Shown here: positions 27,516-40,760 of the stretch, in pieces
How positions within the stretch are numbered: position 1 is the first letter of the stretch
Layout of the letters: each line of letters begins with the position of its first letter
Origin: Lama guanicoe
Taxonomy: Eukaryota
Assembly: GCA_013239625.1 (NCBI GenBank)
Contig: MU053652.1
Location: 6,749,902-6,813,901, forward strand
DNA length: 64,000 nucleotides
Reading direction: 5' to 3'
The notes under the pieces: generated by a model
What the model was told of the DNA's origin: nothing
The model's input: the letters and a program-made list of their open reading frames with translations, nothing else
Database searches by the model: none
Position numbers and translations under genes: made by a program

Positions 27516-29861
27516 AAGTTACATATTTGAAATCATTTTTTTTATTTTTAAGAAGAACTAAATTTTTTGACCTCAAATTATCATGAATACTTACTGTCCT
27601 TTATTTGTTACCTTTATTTCTAAGCAATAAGTAAAAATTTTAAATTCTATTATTTCCCTAAAGAATGGACTTGACTTTCTTCCAAACATAACAAAGACAG
27701 GCAAGAGAATCAATGTGTATTCAAAGCTGAAATACATGACAGTGAAAGAAAAGGCTCGGAATGACTATTTAAGAGTTTTATAGCACCCACCCCAACCGAA
27801 AAAAAAAAAAAGCCCTGCAGCTGGCCTGGCCACAAACAAATACTAGTGTCTCCTATGTGACTGGTTCTATATAGCAAGCAATTTTCATATCTCCTTTAGG
27901 TGTTAAGAAAGAAATACAAAATGTGTAGAATAAAGAAATCTTTGAATACTCAACAAATTATTAAAAATTGAAGTTATATAGAGTATTTAATTTTAAATAC
28001 TGTTGGTTTTTATTATCCTTTAAAGATTATTAATAATTTCAGGAAAGTTTGTTTTTTTTTTTAACAAATCATATTATGCTAACAACAAATACCTCCTTAA
28101 AAATCCTTATGACAGTGAAGTTAAATTCTGTATTATGTTGTGGAGAATGGGTTTCATTCTGAGAATAATTCAACTAAATTAGACATTAGCTGCCACATTT
28201 CACTAATATATGATCCTTCAGAACTTTCATTTCTTTCAAGAATTTCACAGAACTTGAAGACAGACAGGAAGCAATATTCTTATCTGTACTTTACAGATAG
28301 GTCAACCAGACTATTGAGAGTTGCAAGAGTAGCCTAAAATAACAGAAAGAATTTTTGACATCCTCTATGCCTCTGGAATTGAAATCCTTTTATTGATTTT
28401 TTTGCCCCTACTCCTCCCTCACACCAGCATAACTTTTCTTTGCCAAATTGCTTCCAGGTGCAAACAAAATGGGGCATTATCAAAGTGGCTCAATGCAACA
28501 GCTCTGGTTCCACAAGAGCTAAAAAATTCCCATGGGTTGTGTTTGAACACTATCAGCTGAGTGTTTGGGATATGGTTTTGCTATCTTCACACACCCAACA
28601 CCCACCAGAACTTGTTGAATACAGCTCCATTCATAATAAAATTTTATAATGTTTTTCAGAGACCTTTGGTATTTACATAAGTACCACACCAACAAGTATT
28701 AATCTTAAAGGCATGCAGTCAGTTTAAATTAAGGAGATTAAGAAGGTATCAAATACACTGCTGTATTGAAGTCAACTTTAAATCCCCCCTAAATGGTTCA
28801 ATGTTCATGCATATGGCTGAAAATGAGTTTTATGAATCTAGTGCAAAGCAGTAAGCAAAATATTTGAGGAAATGATTTATATGACCATGTCTTACAGATT
28901 CATTCCTCTTTGCTATAAATATTAATGGTGCACTAGCTGTCAGCTTCACCACAGTGAGTGAGTAATGGTTTTGTGAAGTAACATGACTGAGAAACTATTA
29001 AAATAATTGAAGTACTGGGCACTGAAGCAATAGCTGGACATTACTAATTATTAGAGTTAACCCAGTATGATCTTTGTGATAGATGTCTCTGTTAATTTCT
29101 GTCAACATTCCTTTTATACCCCATTCTGTAATTAAGATACCAACCTTCCTATAGGAATCAGATTACTCTCAATTTCTCTCAGTCGAAAAAAAAAAAAAAA
29201 AAGAGCCTGAGATGGTGGGTCTAATAGAAGGACTGGAGGCACAATGGCACAATGACACACTGTTCATTCTTGTCTTCAACCCCTGTGGTTCCATTGCCCT
29301 ACAAAGTCTACTGATGAATACATCGCTTTCCTTCTTTGACTTGCAAGGTAGCTATCTATCTAGATTCAATCAACCTTGATAGAATTTTATTCCTTTTTGC
29401 ACTGACCCTTTACTAAATTAAGTCTGGGTAAAACAGGAACCATAAAACCAAAGTTACAAATACAGAGTCAGTGGTAAAAATAAAACACACAGGTAAAATA
29501 TACACTGAAATGGAATAGGAGAAAAGGGTCTTCTTTCTCTCTAGAAAATAAAGATTCTAGGAAAGAAAGATTAGAAAACTAAAAGTTGTTAACCAGTAGA
29601 ATTTAGTAAAGTTTATTTAAATGTTCCTGGTTTATTGTCAAGAAATACTTAGAAGTTTATATGTTATCTTTTAGGTTTGAAGGAATCACATCAATTTAAT
29701 CCCCACCCCTACGCTCTATCTTGTGTTGTTGAGTTTAACCAAATTGTGTCATTTGGTTGTTATGATGACTGATAGATCTATGTCGACAAAAGATCTGCCT
29801 CATTAATACATGTATACATAAATTTCAAATCATGATATGTAGTGAAAAAAAAAACTATCTT

Positions 29862-30362
29862 ATGGACTTCAAACTTCTGCTTAAGATTTAGAAAACTAGA
29901 GAGACTGTCACAGAAAAACTACAATGAAAATCAGATAATCTGTACTACCGTAACTTTTCCTGAATACATCTGAGAGCTGAGGTCATACTGAAATTAACCA
30001 CCTGAAATTTAAGGGAAGACAAGCACCATCAAGAAGAGACGGGACAGAAGCACTGATTGACCTAGGGCAGAGCACAGCTTACAAGTGAATAATATAAAAT
30101 CAACTCAACTTCTAACAAATTGCTAAATGCTGAGTACAAGTTGACTTGAAAATGAAGAACCCTTGGACACTGAGACCCTTGGGACAGTCTTTGGAGTGGC
30201 TGATAAACCCTAACAAAATTCAGGAGCTTTCTGCAGGGACTCACACATCTCACTCCTTACAGCGGTCAAAGAAAAACTGCTGTCTCGCAGATCCCTTATC
30301 GCCCAGAAAGAAACCTAGACCCTACTGGACTTTTTGCCTGTTAGAGGCAGGACAAACTCTGT
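29862..30362 (+). mobile_element. Old L1M 5'-region fragment
   Basis: ctgagagctgaggtcata...accacctgaaatttaagggaagac motif typical of L1M 5' ends. Confidence 0.5.
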
Positions 30363-30772
30363 GACTAGTGATTTTGCCAATTAGAGCCTCCACCGTGGGG
30401 ATCTGGACTTCGGCTTCCCTGACATAACTACCACGGACCCTCATTTTGAAAAGTAGCAGTTAGTTTAATACTAATAGCTGTACGCCTGACCCATGGGGAC
30501 TTGTGAAACTCTCTCATTCCTTGTATACTACAGACATTCAACCAAAACACCATAACAACCTGCTTCCTAACTGATTTACTGGAACTGCAACTTCATAGGT
30601 ACAGAATATATCATCTAAACATTTGCAGGCAAAGAATTTACTGAATGTTTTACTACAATATCAGTTGAGATGTTGTCATTTTTTTCTAGCCACCATTAAC
30701 AGATTCCTCTCCAAACAAATGCTATATAACATAAATTTTTATGTTTTATGAAGGTAACTCCGCTTCCATTCA

Positions 30773-31135
30773 TATGTTAGTCAGCTTCTGCTAGGTTATA
30801 CTGTAGTAACAAGGCAAAATATTACCATATAAAACAAAGCCTTATGAAAGTTTATCACTTGCTTACAATATATGTCCATTGTACATCAGCTTGTGGTTTG
30901 TTCTTATTGCCTACAGGTCTACTACCGGGCTCTGCTTCATATATTTACACCATCTGGGGAGATAGACTAAAAGAACATTACAGACCTGGGACACGACATT
31001 ATTGTGAAAGAGGGAAAAGGGTACAACGTGATAGCTCCTAATGCCCCTCCGCAGAAGTGGCCTCGGTAATTTACACACATTGAATTGGTCAAAACACGTG
31101 AAAGGGCCATGCCTGGTATCAATCAGTCGGAGAAA
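30773..31135 (-). mobile_element. Old MLT1-type LTR
   Basis: tgttagtcagcttctgctaggttatactgtagtaacaa...aaagtttatcacttgcttac. Confidence 0.6.
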
Positions 31136-31869
31136 GAAGCTATTAAAGGCAGTCCGTCTCGGTACTACTGTGACTATAATTAGAACTTCTCCATTTTCAT
31201 GCCATACCCCACCTAAATGTACGTGTTAAAGGCTATAAATATTTTAAGAAGTAAGTATAGGAAGAGTATGATGTAATTACAATCCTTGGCTATAAGCAGA
31301 CAGATAATAGCTGCCTTCCATCATTTATCTTCAGTCAAAGACAGACTGCATGGTACACAAGAGATTTTAAAGCTAGTGTATCATGTTTGAATGCAGGATG
31401 CTCGAACAAGACATTTTAAATAAGATGAGTTATGTTACACATTAAAGGGGCTGCTTGAGTAAAAGAAACCTTTCACATCTTACAGGTGACAACATAGCAT
31501 GTAGCAGGACTTGCTAACAACCAATTAGTTTGCTTCCTGGGACCTGATGAGGAAATAACTAAAGTGACATTTCCAGAGATTGCACGTATTTCTACATGAT
31601 CTCTGGTATAAAGAGCCTACTCTCTAGGACAGACTGAAATGGCTGTACAGCCCTGAAAGCTAAGACACAGAAAGAAATTCAAAGATGATTTTCTTTATCT
31701 TGAAAGCCAATTATATTGTTTCATTGCCACATTTCTACATTTAAGGTTTAAGGGTAAACTTTCTTGTCTGACTATATTAGGCAGCAAATACATGCAAAAT
31801 TATTGGAAATGAAAGTATAAATGAGAGAATAAATCTCAATTCTACTTCTGAAAAATCTTTCAGAAGTAC

Positions 31870-31964
31870 CTTGTGAATGCAGTATCAAAGCTTTCATTGG
31901 TGTGACTGCCTCAGTTACATCACCTTCCGCATGGTCATCATCTTCAGGACTGTAATCTTCAAAT
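31870..31964 (-). pseudogene. Pseudo-exon, 95 nt: FEDYSPEDDDHAEGDVTEAVTPMKALILHSQ
   Basis: Acceptor tttatttattag, donor AAG|GTACTT. Only one open frame, rich in GAN/GNN codons. Phase 2 in and 1 out joins both neighbours in frame. Confidence 0.55.
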
Positions 31965-32080
31965 CTAATAAATAAATCTTCAGTCGGGGACAATTATAGA
32001 GAAGAGGATCAACCTCACGGAAACATATTCATTCTGACACACCTGGCCAAAAGTATCTCCCTCCTCCAGGTGACTTAGTC

Positions 32081-32298
32081 TGAGATTGGCAAATACTAAC
32101 TGCTATATATATAAAATGGATAAAAAACCAAATTTCTTCTGTATAGCACAGGAAAATATCCTCAATATCTTGTAGTAACTTATAATGAAAAAGAATATGA
32201 AAACAAATGTATGTATGTATATGTATGACTGAAACATGCTGTATTCCAGAAATTGACACATTGACTGCAATCCAATTAAAAAAAAAACAATTAAAAAA
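32081..32298 (+). mobile_element. Young 5'-truncated L1 3' end (camelid type)
   Basis: tatataaaatggataaaaaaccaaatttcttctgtatagcacagg...tatcttgtagtaacttataatgaaaaagaatatgaaaac...ccagaaattgacacattg followed by an A tail. Confidence 0.85.
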
Positions 32299-32689
32299 GT
32301 GAATGTACACCTGGTTGTGCAAAGAAGGAACAAAGTGAACACATCAGCACTATAACCACCGACGGTGCTAATAAATTACTCTGCCTGCAGTGTAATGCTA
32401 AACCTCTGACGTTTAAAATATGTAATTGTAAAACCAAATTAAAATGTTGATAAAATTCTAGTTATTGTTGTCTTCATTCTATAATAGTGATATTTATTTT
32501 TTGATAAATATTGATCCTAACACTTGTCATTCAGCATCTAGCTAAACTATCTGATGTACCTCTATACAATTTCGACATGATTCACTGCATATTTGTAATT
32601 GGTATACGTGTCCAACAGTTTTTGCTCTCAGTATCTCTTTAACTCCTAACTTCTTATTTAATTGACAAGAGCACCCATGAGAGAGTCAA

Positions 32690-33192
32690 CCATATGGTAC
32701 ACCTATCACTCCCTCACATAATTTGGGTTTTATTTTATTCCTTACCACATTTCCCCTTTTTCCTCCTGCCCTGTCAACTTGACCTCCTTGCACTTGGCTT
32801 AACAGTCTGTGCTCTCAGAACTCTTGTTCTAAATATTTCTTCTGGCTGGAATACAACTAAGTAATCCAATTATTTGCGTGGCTTTCTTTGTACCTCAATT
32901 TTCCTTATCAAATCTCACTTTCTGAACAAGGTTGACTTGATGCCTTTTTTAAACAAAAACTCTTGCCCCAGCACTTCTGATTCCCCCAACTCTTTTCTGT
33001 GATTCCCAATTTTACATTGTACTTATTACCTACTGAGTTACCTGTATTTTACATTTTGTATTATGTTTATTGTACATTGCCTGCTCCCTTCCGCCACTCC
33101 AAAGTAAGTTCTTCAAGGGCAGGGATCTTGGTCCACTTTGTGCCTAGTGTGTAGCAGTTTATCAGTAAGTACTTCACAAAACAGTGAATGAG
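32690..33192 (+). mobile_element. L2 3' remnant
   Basis: gtaagttcttcaagggcagggatcttggtcc...gtgcctag...gtgaatga terminus. Confidence 0.7.
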
Positions 33193-34164
33193 CCATAAAA
33201 TAGGGCTCTGAGTACCAACACATCTGAAATGGCGACTATACTGCCCATAATTCATCCACTCTAAAGAGCTTAATTCCCTGTAAACACTTCAAAGCTGCAA
33301 GCAGAGCTTCTATATAGATGCCAATAACAATAGAGTTTATACAAATATTGATGATTAAATAAGTTCTTCAACGAAAAGAAGAAGGTGGAAAATTCCTCAC
33401 TAGCCATTTTGTGCTCCCCACCCCCAATCCTGGGGTAAATATCTACCAAAATGTTACAATTTAAATAAATTCATGATGTGATGACAATGACTTATTTATC
33501 TTATCCTAAGCCTTCTTGGTGGCATTAAGGTCTTTAAAGGATTTCAACTCTCCTCTTTCACACTAGGGGAGCAAACAGTAAAATGAAAACAGCTTTTTTT
33601 TTTTACACTGGCATTAAATGATCTGAAAAGTTCCTCTATAGATAATCATCATGGTACATTGATTTATGCTAATGACAGCAATAAAGCAAAGCACGTTTTA
33701 TGATATTATAAAATGACTGGTAGGCCTCAGCTACCTCCTCCCTGCGTATCTATCATTATAACTTTTGAAATGAGACTTTTAGTTCATAGAAAAATGTGGG
33801 TCCATTTGCAAAGCATCCATTTTCAATAATTTTAGATGCTTTTCTCTCTAATGTCCATAAACTGTTTGTTTGTGACAGAGAAGTCAGAAATACAACATCT
33901 ATATTTTTCTTATCACACATAATTTCTGTGTTCCCCACAATACTGAAAATTCCATAGGGACAGGCATCGTGTCTGCTGTGTTCCTTTCTGAATGAAAAGG
34001 GGCAACTGGCAAGGATTCTCAGAGCTATTATGTGTGAAATCAGAAACAATATTAATCTGATAAATTTAGGCATCACTTGGGTTTCAGCACAGAAACTTCC
34101 AATTAATACTGTTTTCTCGAAATGCAATGGCAAGTTTTATTTAGGAATGATACAGTGAACACAT

Positions 34165-34325
34165 GCATATTTGTTTTGTAACTCATGAGCTGCATCTTAT
34201 GCATATTATTTAACTCCTCCTATTCATAAAATTAGGATAATATTCACTTCATAGGACTGTCATGAATTTAAATGGGATGAACCAGCGAAGGCACCATGCA
34301 ATAAATATGCAATAAATATTAGTTG
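34165..34325 (+). mobile_element. MIR SINE
   Basis: cataaaattaggataatattcacttcataggactgtcatgaatttaaatg core. Confidence 0.65.
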
Positions 34326-34589
34326 GTACTTAAAATGAATTTAGGCGACTGCCTCTAAAGTTTGAAGAAATCCTTTGAGGCTCCATCACACAGACAAGAG
34401 CATAACACTATGTAGGACAAACTAGAGCATCAGTAGGAACTGACCCTAAGTCTAGGTCAGTGAACTTTTCTCTAATACACTCGCAGAAGCTGACTTAGAC
34501 CACCACACAGACTACTGCCAGTGCCTCTGAACACTCAAGTGGCCGCCACTCCAAAGATCATGTCCTACACATTTGCTTTGCCTATTTTA

Positions 34590-37530
34590 GAAACGGAAGT
34601 ATAATGAATGCACGTTTTGGTGTCTGATTCCTTTTGATCAGCATTGTTCACCACATAGGATTTTTATTGCGGTTGTAGTTCATTTTTATTGTAATGTATT
34701 CCATCGTGTGATTGTGTCATAATTTATTTTTCTGCTGTAGTCTGATTGAAATTTGCATGCTTTTTCAATCTGAGCCTATTCTGCAGTGCTACTAGGAATA
34801 TCTCTTTGGCAAATATATTAATGCTGCTTTATATGATGTTCATATATTCAGCTTTAATGGATATCTCTGTTTTCCAAAGAGATTTGACAGAAAAACTCTC
34901 AAAGTGGTTCATGAGTTTTCCCTCCATTCCACATCCTCATCAAACCTTGTCATCCTGTCTTTTTTAAGCTCCTCTTAGGTGGACAGTCATCTTGTATCAC
35001 AGCATTAGTTTGCATTCTTCTAATGATTGCTGAAATTGAGCATTTGTTGATTTTATGTATGGTTCTTCATATTTTTAATATTTTTTATTTCAGATCAGTT
35101 TTAGATTTACAAACTTACTGCAACGATGGTACAGAGAATTCCTGCATACCCAGTTAATGTACTAACATTGCTATATTATTAAATACAGTCCATACTTTAT
35201 TCAGATTTCTTTAGATTTTTTTCCCCAATGTCCTTCTTCTGTTTCCATCCCACTCAGTGTAGCACATTACATTTAGTGATGCCTCCTTAGGCTCTTCTTG
35301 CCTGTGTCAGTTCTGAGACTTCCCTTGTTTTTGATGTCCTTACAGTTTCAAGGATTATGGCAGGTGGTTTCCAGAATTCTTTTCCCATAGGGTTTAATGT
35401 TCTTCTTACAAGTATACTAGTATAATGTACTTTGGGGAAGGCTGAAGGGGTAAAGTGCATTCTCATCACATCGTACCAAGGCTACACATTATCCTACGTA
35501 TTACTGATGTCACTACTCTTGTGTCAACCTTGATCAGCTGGCATGAGGTAGTGTTTCCAACTTTCTGCTCTATAGAGTTACTCTTTGGTTTTTCTCCCTT
35601 TCCATACTCTACTGTTTTGAAGAAAGTCTCTAAGCAGCACAGTGAATGAGTAGGGACTTATGGCTCATACGCCTGAGGATGAAATACCGGTTTCAATTAT
35701 TTGCAACTCCTTTGCCTAAAAAATGTGTCTCTTCTCCCACATTTATTTATTCAATCATTTATTTATATTAGCATGAACTCATGGATGTTTATTCTTTGGG
35801 TTATAATCTAATACCTGTTTCCTCAAATCGGATTCCAGCTTTAGCTATTAACTCAGTTAGCACCACTATCCATTTGGCATACCATCATCACCCTGTGTCT
35901 GTGTATGTGTGTGTGGACTTTGTCACTTCCTGGAACTATAAGATGTTCTAGGCTCATCTTGTATATTTTCTGTCCCAGTACCAGAATTAGTCTCATAGCC
36001 TAGGAGCCCTTTTTTTAAATTGAAGAATGTGCTAAAAACCAATATCTGGATACTGGTGTTCACTGACACTGGCCCTCTCAACTGAACAGCAAGAAATTAC
36101 ATGTGTGTGTACTAATCTATGTGTGTGTGTGTGTGTACACATTGTGTGTGTGTATATATATATGTATACACACACACAAATATTTTATATTTAACTATAT
36201 GTATCCATATTAAGCTCAACATGAGTTCAGACTGATAGCTGCAATTCTAATCCATCATCACATGCGTCACTCTCATCTCCTCCTCTGACGTACTTGTAAC
36301 CTCACATTTGAACGGTGATAAATCTAGCTCCCATGATCTCCAACCATTTACTTAATCATTAAATGCCGGTATACATATATAACAGTTGAAGCATTGTTAA
36401 CCCACAACCCCATGAAGAACAACTTTATCAACTATATTACAGTGCTTAGGTATAGTTCCTTTTGCCTTTCTTCTTGTGAACTCCACTCATTTCTAAAGTA
36501 ACTTAGGTCAAGACCATTTTCTCCACCACCTTCACTGAGATGTTTCACACATTTTTAGAAGAATTATAAGGCTTTGGTCACACTCTGCATTCCATCCTGG
36601 AATTTCCACCTCCTAAATTATTTTTTAATGTTAATAAATTAACATTTACCCTTTATGATAGGCAAAACTAGTCTATGGCAATAAATGTGAGAGGAGTAGC
36701 AGGATAGAGGGACATGATTCAGGGCATAAGGGGACTTTCTGGGGAGATGGGAGAGTTCTGCATCTTAACCTACATGATGGCTACAGGGCCAGATACATTT
36801 ACAAAAACTCATCAACCAGGACAGTTAATAGTTGTGTATCTTAGTATGTCTAAATTACATCCCAATAAAGTACCACAAAAACAAATAAATGAACAAATGT
36901 AGACTTCAGACCTTCACACAAAAAAATTACTCTTTGTGCTGTAAAGTCCACAGGTTTTGACAAATACTTAATATCTTATATTCACCATTACAATATCACA
37001 TAGAATACTTTCATTGCACCAACAAATTCCCTGTTCTTCCCCCTTTCTGAATATCTGGCAACCACTGATTTCTTTTCATATATATTTACTTTGTTTTTAA
37101 AAGCATTTTTATGTTCATAGAAAAATAGAGCAGAAAGCACAGAAGGTTCCCGTACACTGCCTCACCCCTCTTAATTTCTCCTATTAATTAACATCGTGCA
37201 TTAGTGTGGTACACGCATTACAAGTGATGTCATGACAACAACACAGCCTTGTTATTAACTAACATCCATAGTTCACGTTAGAGCTCATTCTCTGCATGTA
37301 CATTCTATGGGTTCACACAATACTTTCACGACCCTAAACTCTTTCCTGTCCTCTACATATTCATCTCTCCCTTCTCTGACTCCAAAACCCTGCAACCACT
37401 GATATTTATACTGTCTCCATTATTTTTCTTTTTCAGGAATGTCATGTCATCGAAATCTAGCAGTATGTAGCCTTTTCAGACTGGCTTCCTTTAGCTAACC
37501 ATATGCATTTAAGTTTGCTCCATATAATTG
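34590..37530 (-). mobile_element. Nested cluster of old L1M 3' fragments (mostly minus; a short plus-strand L1ME-like end at about 36655-36880)
   Basis: Multiple reverse L1 3' UTR motifs (gcaacgatggtacagagaattcc; ctggcaaccactgat; gtatgtagccttttcagactggcttc). Confidence 0.8.
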
Positions 37531-37548
37531 ATTATATACTGAATTAAC

Positions 37549-37915
37549 TGTCTTAGTTCAGACTGCTGTAACAAGAGTAACAGAGGCCAGGTCCCCTAAA
37601 CATTGATTTCCCACACTTACACTAGAGGCTGGCAAGTACAAGATCAAAGTGCCAGCAATCTGGTGTCTGGTGAAAGCTCACTTCTTAGCTTGTAGAGAGG
37701 GACCTTCTCCCTGTCTCCTCACATGGCTGAGAAAGAGTTCTAATCTCTTTCTCTTCTTATAAAGACACTAATCCCATCATGACACCTCTACCCTCAAGAT
37801 CTCATCTAGATTTAACTACCCTGCAAAAGCCAAGATTTCTATTAGCATTCTATTGGGTGTTAAGGTTTCAACATGCACATTTTGGGAGGACATAAACATG
37901 CAGTCAATAGTAGCA
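37549..37915 (-). mobile_element. MLT1A-like solo LTR
   Basis: tgtcttagttcagactgctgtaacaag...tttgggaggacataaacatgcagtcaatagtagca. Confidence 0.85.
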
Positions 37916-38606
37916 AAGAACAGCCCAAACCAAGGAACCATCTGCAAAGCTATTTGTACTTTAACCCCAGGTTTGGGATTCATCTATTACTCACAAACAT
38001 ACTTGGATCAGGAGTTGCATCCAATTGTAAATTTGCTAGTATAGAGAGCAGACTGAAAATGAATGCTTTTGTTTTTTCTTTCTTTCTTTTCTTTTTTTTT
38101 TTGATGCAATAATATGTGATTATTTTAATGTTTAGGCCAATAGGAAAACAAATAAATGGGGCTGTAATGGTGGCTGGAGGAACAGAAGATACTAGATGTC
38201 GGGAGTTATATGATTTTTTTCCCAAAAAAAAAAAAACCTTGGATTTCATTGTGAAGAATTTCAGTGAGAGGAGATGTCAGACAAATGGGATATATTCTAG
38301 GAAGGATGACCAAATATGTCATGAAAATGGTAATTTATGGAGAAAGTTATTGTTTGATTCTGTGTGACTAAGTGGGAGAATTTTTACACTTCAAAACATG
38401 AAACGGTAAAAAGAAAGACTAATTATTAAGCCAGCTGCAGAATACTGTAATTGTAGTTTGTGGACTTGCCTGCACGTCAGCCTGCCTTTGCATGAAGTAC
38501 TGAATTTAAATCCCCACTATTGTTCACACGACTTCTTCAGGATTCATCCCACCTCTCAAATAAATTCAAGTGGGAAAACATGACTACCCATGCAGGTAGT
38601 ACTTAT

Positions 38607-38665
38607 CTCTCGGCATTCATGTTCTTCTTTGACGGTGACAGATTAAGTATTACAATTTTCACTGC
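38607..38665 (-). pseudogene. Pseudo-exon, 59 nt (AVKIVILNLSPSKKNMNAE-R) with mutated donor
   Basis: Long pyrimidine tract ctgttttatttttctctaaag. 3' end AG|ATAAGT is one change from consensus AG|GTAAGT. Phases 0 in and 2 out fit the flanking exons. Confidence 0.45.
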
Positions 38666-39069
38666 CTTTAGAGAAAAATAAAACAGAATGAAGAGAAAAG
38701 GAAAAAAAAAAAGCCTCCCACTAATTAGCTTTGGAAATCAACTGCCCCTCATCTTCATCTTCTTAGAACTACAAAATAAAGCCAAATACATGGAGTCATT
38801 ATTTAAAAAAAAATTCAGTCTCATTTAAAATAGAATCCATACTGCCTTAATAGTGCTCCAAAGAAAGATAACAATGGTTTATCCATCTCCTTCTTTTCTC
38901 CTTCCTCTATACTGCTTGTGCCCCATTTTATATTCACCCTTCTTTCTTATGCATTGATTGATCAATAAAACTTTCTTAGGTAAATCATGAATCAACACAG
39001 ATTTTCTTCCTGGAGATGATGTTCACACTATAGAGAGACTTGGAAATAAACATGTGAGTATGAGCTAGT

Positions 39070-39371
39070 CAGGGCTTCTCATACCATCCGTGGTGAAGGG
39101 TCAGTCTTACTTATTTCAATCCATGGGAGACTGTTAATTTTTGTTTGTAAAATACAATCACAGAAATTACTAAAAATATGAAATGAAAAATAATCACAAA
39201 ATATAAGCCTTATTTTTTAAATGATTAGATTTAATAAACTACAATTACTTTCCAAAGTGTTATAAGTGTCTTTAGACTCTAACTCCTACTTTCTGTACCT
39301 CCCTTGTTTTAAACTGGTAACAAGCACACAGATTGGCCCCAGTTCCATGGACAATGGTTTGAGTGATACTG
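39070..39371. mobile_element. hAT-Charlie non-autonomous DNA element
   Basis: Degenerate inverted termini cagggcttctcatacc...ggtttgagtgatactg around an AT-rich interior. Confidence 0.55.
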
Positions 39372-39864
39372 GTTAAAGGGACAGACCAGTGGTCTGGTAA
39401 GTTAGCTTCACTGAGAAGATGGTGTCTTTGTCTCCTTAGTTACCAACAGAGGTTAACAGGGAGAATGTCTTCCAAAGACCATGGAGTAAAATCAAGAGTA
39501 GAGGTGACTATTACTCACTCCTAGGCCACAGGATGGGGTTCTCATTCTAAGAATAAAAAGGAAACATTTCAACAGAGTATTAAAATTGCCATTTTAAGCT
39601 GAATCATCTTTTTATTAAAATATCTATATAAATTGACCAGTAAGTCCTATGTTAATACAGTTTGTACATTGACATTTCCCTATCTTGTAAATAGCTAACC
39701 ATGAAGCTAGTGTGCAGAAAATCACTCTAAAACAGAAGTTAAAAAAAAAAAACACAAAAAAAAACCCCTGAGACTTGCAGTAGCGAATGTAAGACAATTT
39801 TAACAGCAAACATCTAAAAGCCACCAGTCAATACCGATGACTAATGAGAATAAAGTGGACAAGA

Positions 39865-39991
39865 TTTTAAATTCCCTTGCCCCAGTTTCTGCCTTACCAC
39901 CCAAGAACCTGATTTAACTGTTTTGGTCCAAGGCCTCAGTATTTCCAAAGCTGAGTGATTTCAATGTACATCCAGGATTCAAAACCACTGC
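39865..39991. mobile_element. MER5-like hAT fragment
   Basis: gtgatttcaatgtacatccaggattcaaaaccactg terminus. Confidence 0.55.
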
Positions 39992-40149
39992 GTGAGAGTG
40001 TGAGATCCCCCCAGATTATTCTCTCATCACCAACCTGATGTCAGCTATATAACAGCTACTCAGTAAGTGTTTGTTGATTCAATGCCTCGGCCATTTTATC
40101 ATCCTCCTTTAAAAACCCATAACATTTTAATAGCCGAGAATGGCAAAAC

Positions 40150-40760
40150 TTTCTCACTAGGGGACACCAGAGGAAGAGGTTTCTCTTCCTACTCCAGATC
40201 TTGGCAGAAAAGAGGGACTTTTTCTCAGCAGTGTGCTAGAAACCTCTTTTGGCAAAAATCCGTTTTTGTGGCTTCACGAAAAACCGAACGGTGGTCAGGG
40301 CACTGATGACGTTTCCCAGACCCTCCTCCCCTCTCCCTGGGTGGGTCTGTAGCAGTGCTGCCGGCTCGGCGTCTGGCTTTTGATGGCTTCTCCAACACAC
40401 ATACACGCTGCTTTGTGCTGAGCGCTGGGTGGGGCATGCCGCTGTGGATGGAGAGTTTCTCCGGCTACTCGGTAGCACTGATTTCCATGGAGTCCTTCCA
40501 GCATCTCAGTGAACTTCACCCAGGGGGCTACACCAGTACCCTCTTCAACAAGGTCTGCATCTCAGCCCTGGGAAGGGCCGGGCTTTCCTTGGGTGCTTTA
40601 AATCCATCCTAGGGGTGGTGTCTGCTCTCTATTCTTGAGTCTCTCTGCCTCTTATTAGACAATCTCCCATTGTTCCAATCCCAAGCTGTAATTCTTTCTA
40701 TTAAACTGTCCCTGTTAATAACTGTAGTTTCTGTCTTCTGATTGGACCCTGAGTGTGACA
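40150..40760 (+). mobile_element. ERVL-class LTR, GC- and CpG-enriched
   Basis: Ends attaaactgtccctg...gtttctgtcttctgattggaccctgagtgtgaca, an LTR-type U5 end. 5' boundary uncertain. Confidence 0.5.

Noticed and set aside
33756..34133. 125-aa minus-strand ORF as a coding exon
   Set aside because: Non-ATG start, no donor before the stop, and it would break the phase chain between the 38.6 and 31.9 kb exons.
40067..40612. Cluster of overlapping ORFs on both strands
   Set aside because: Explained by the GC-rich LTR having few stop codons.
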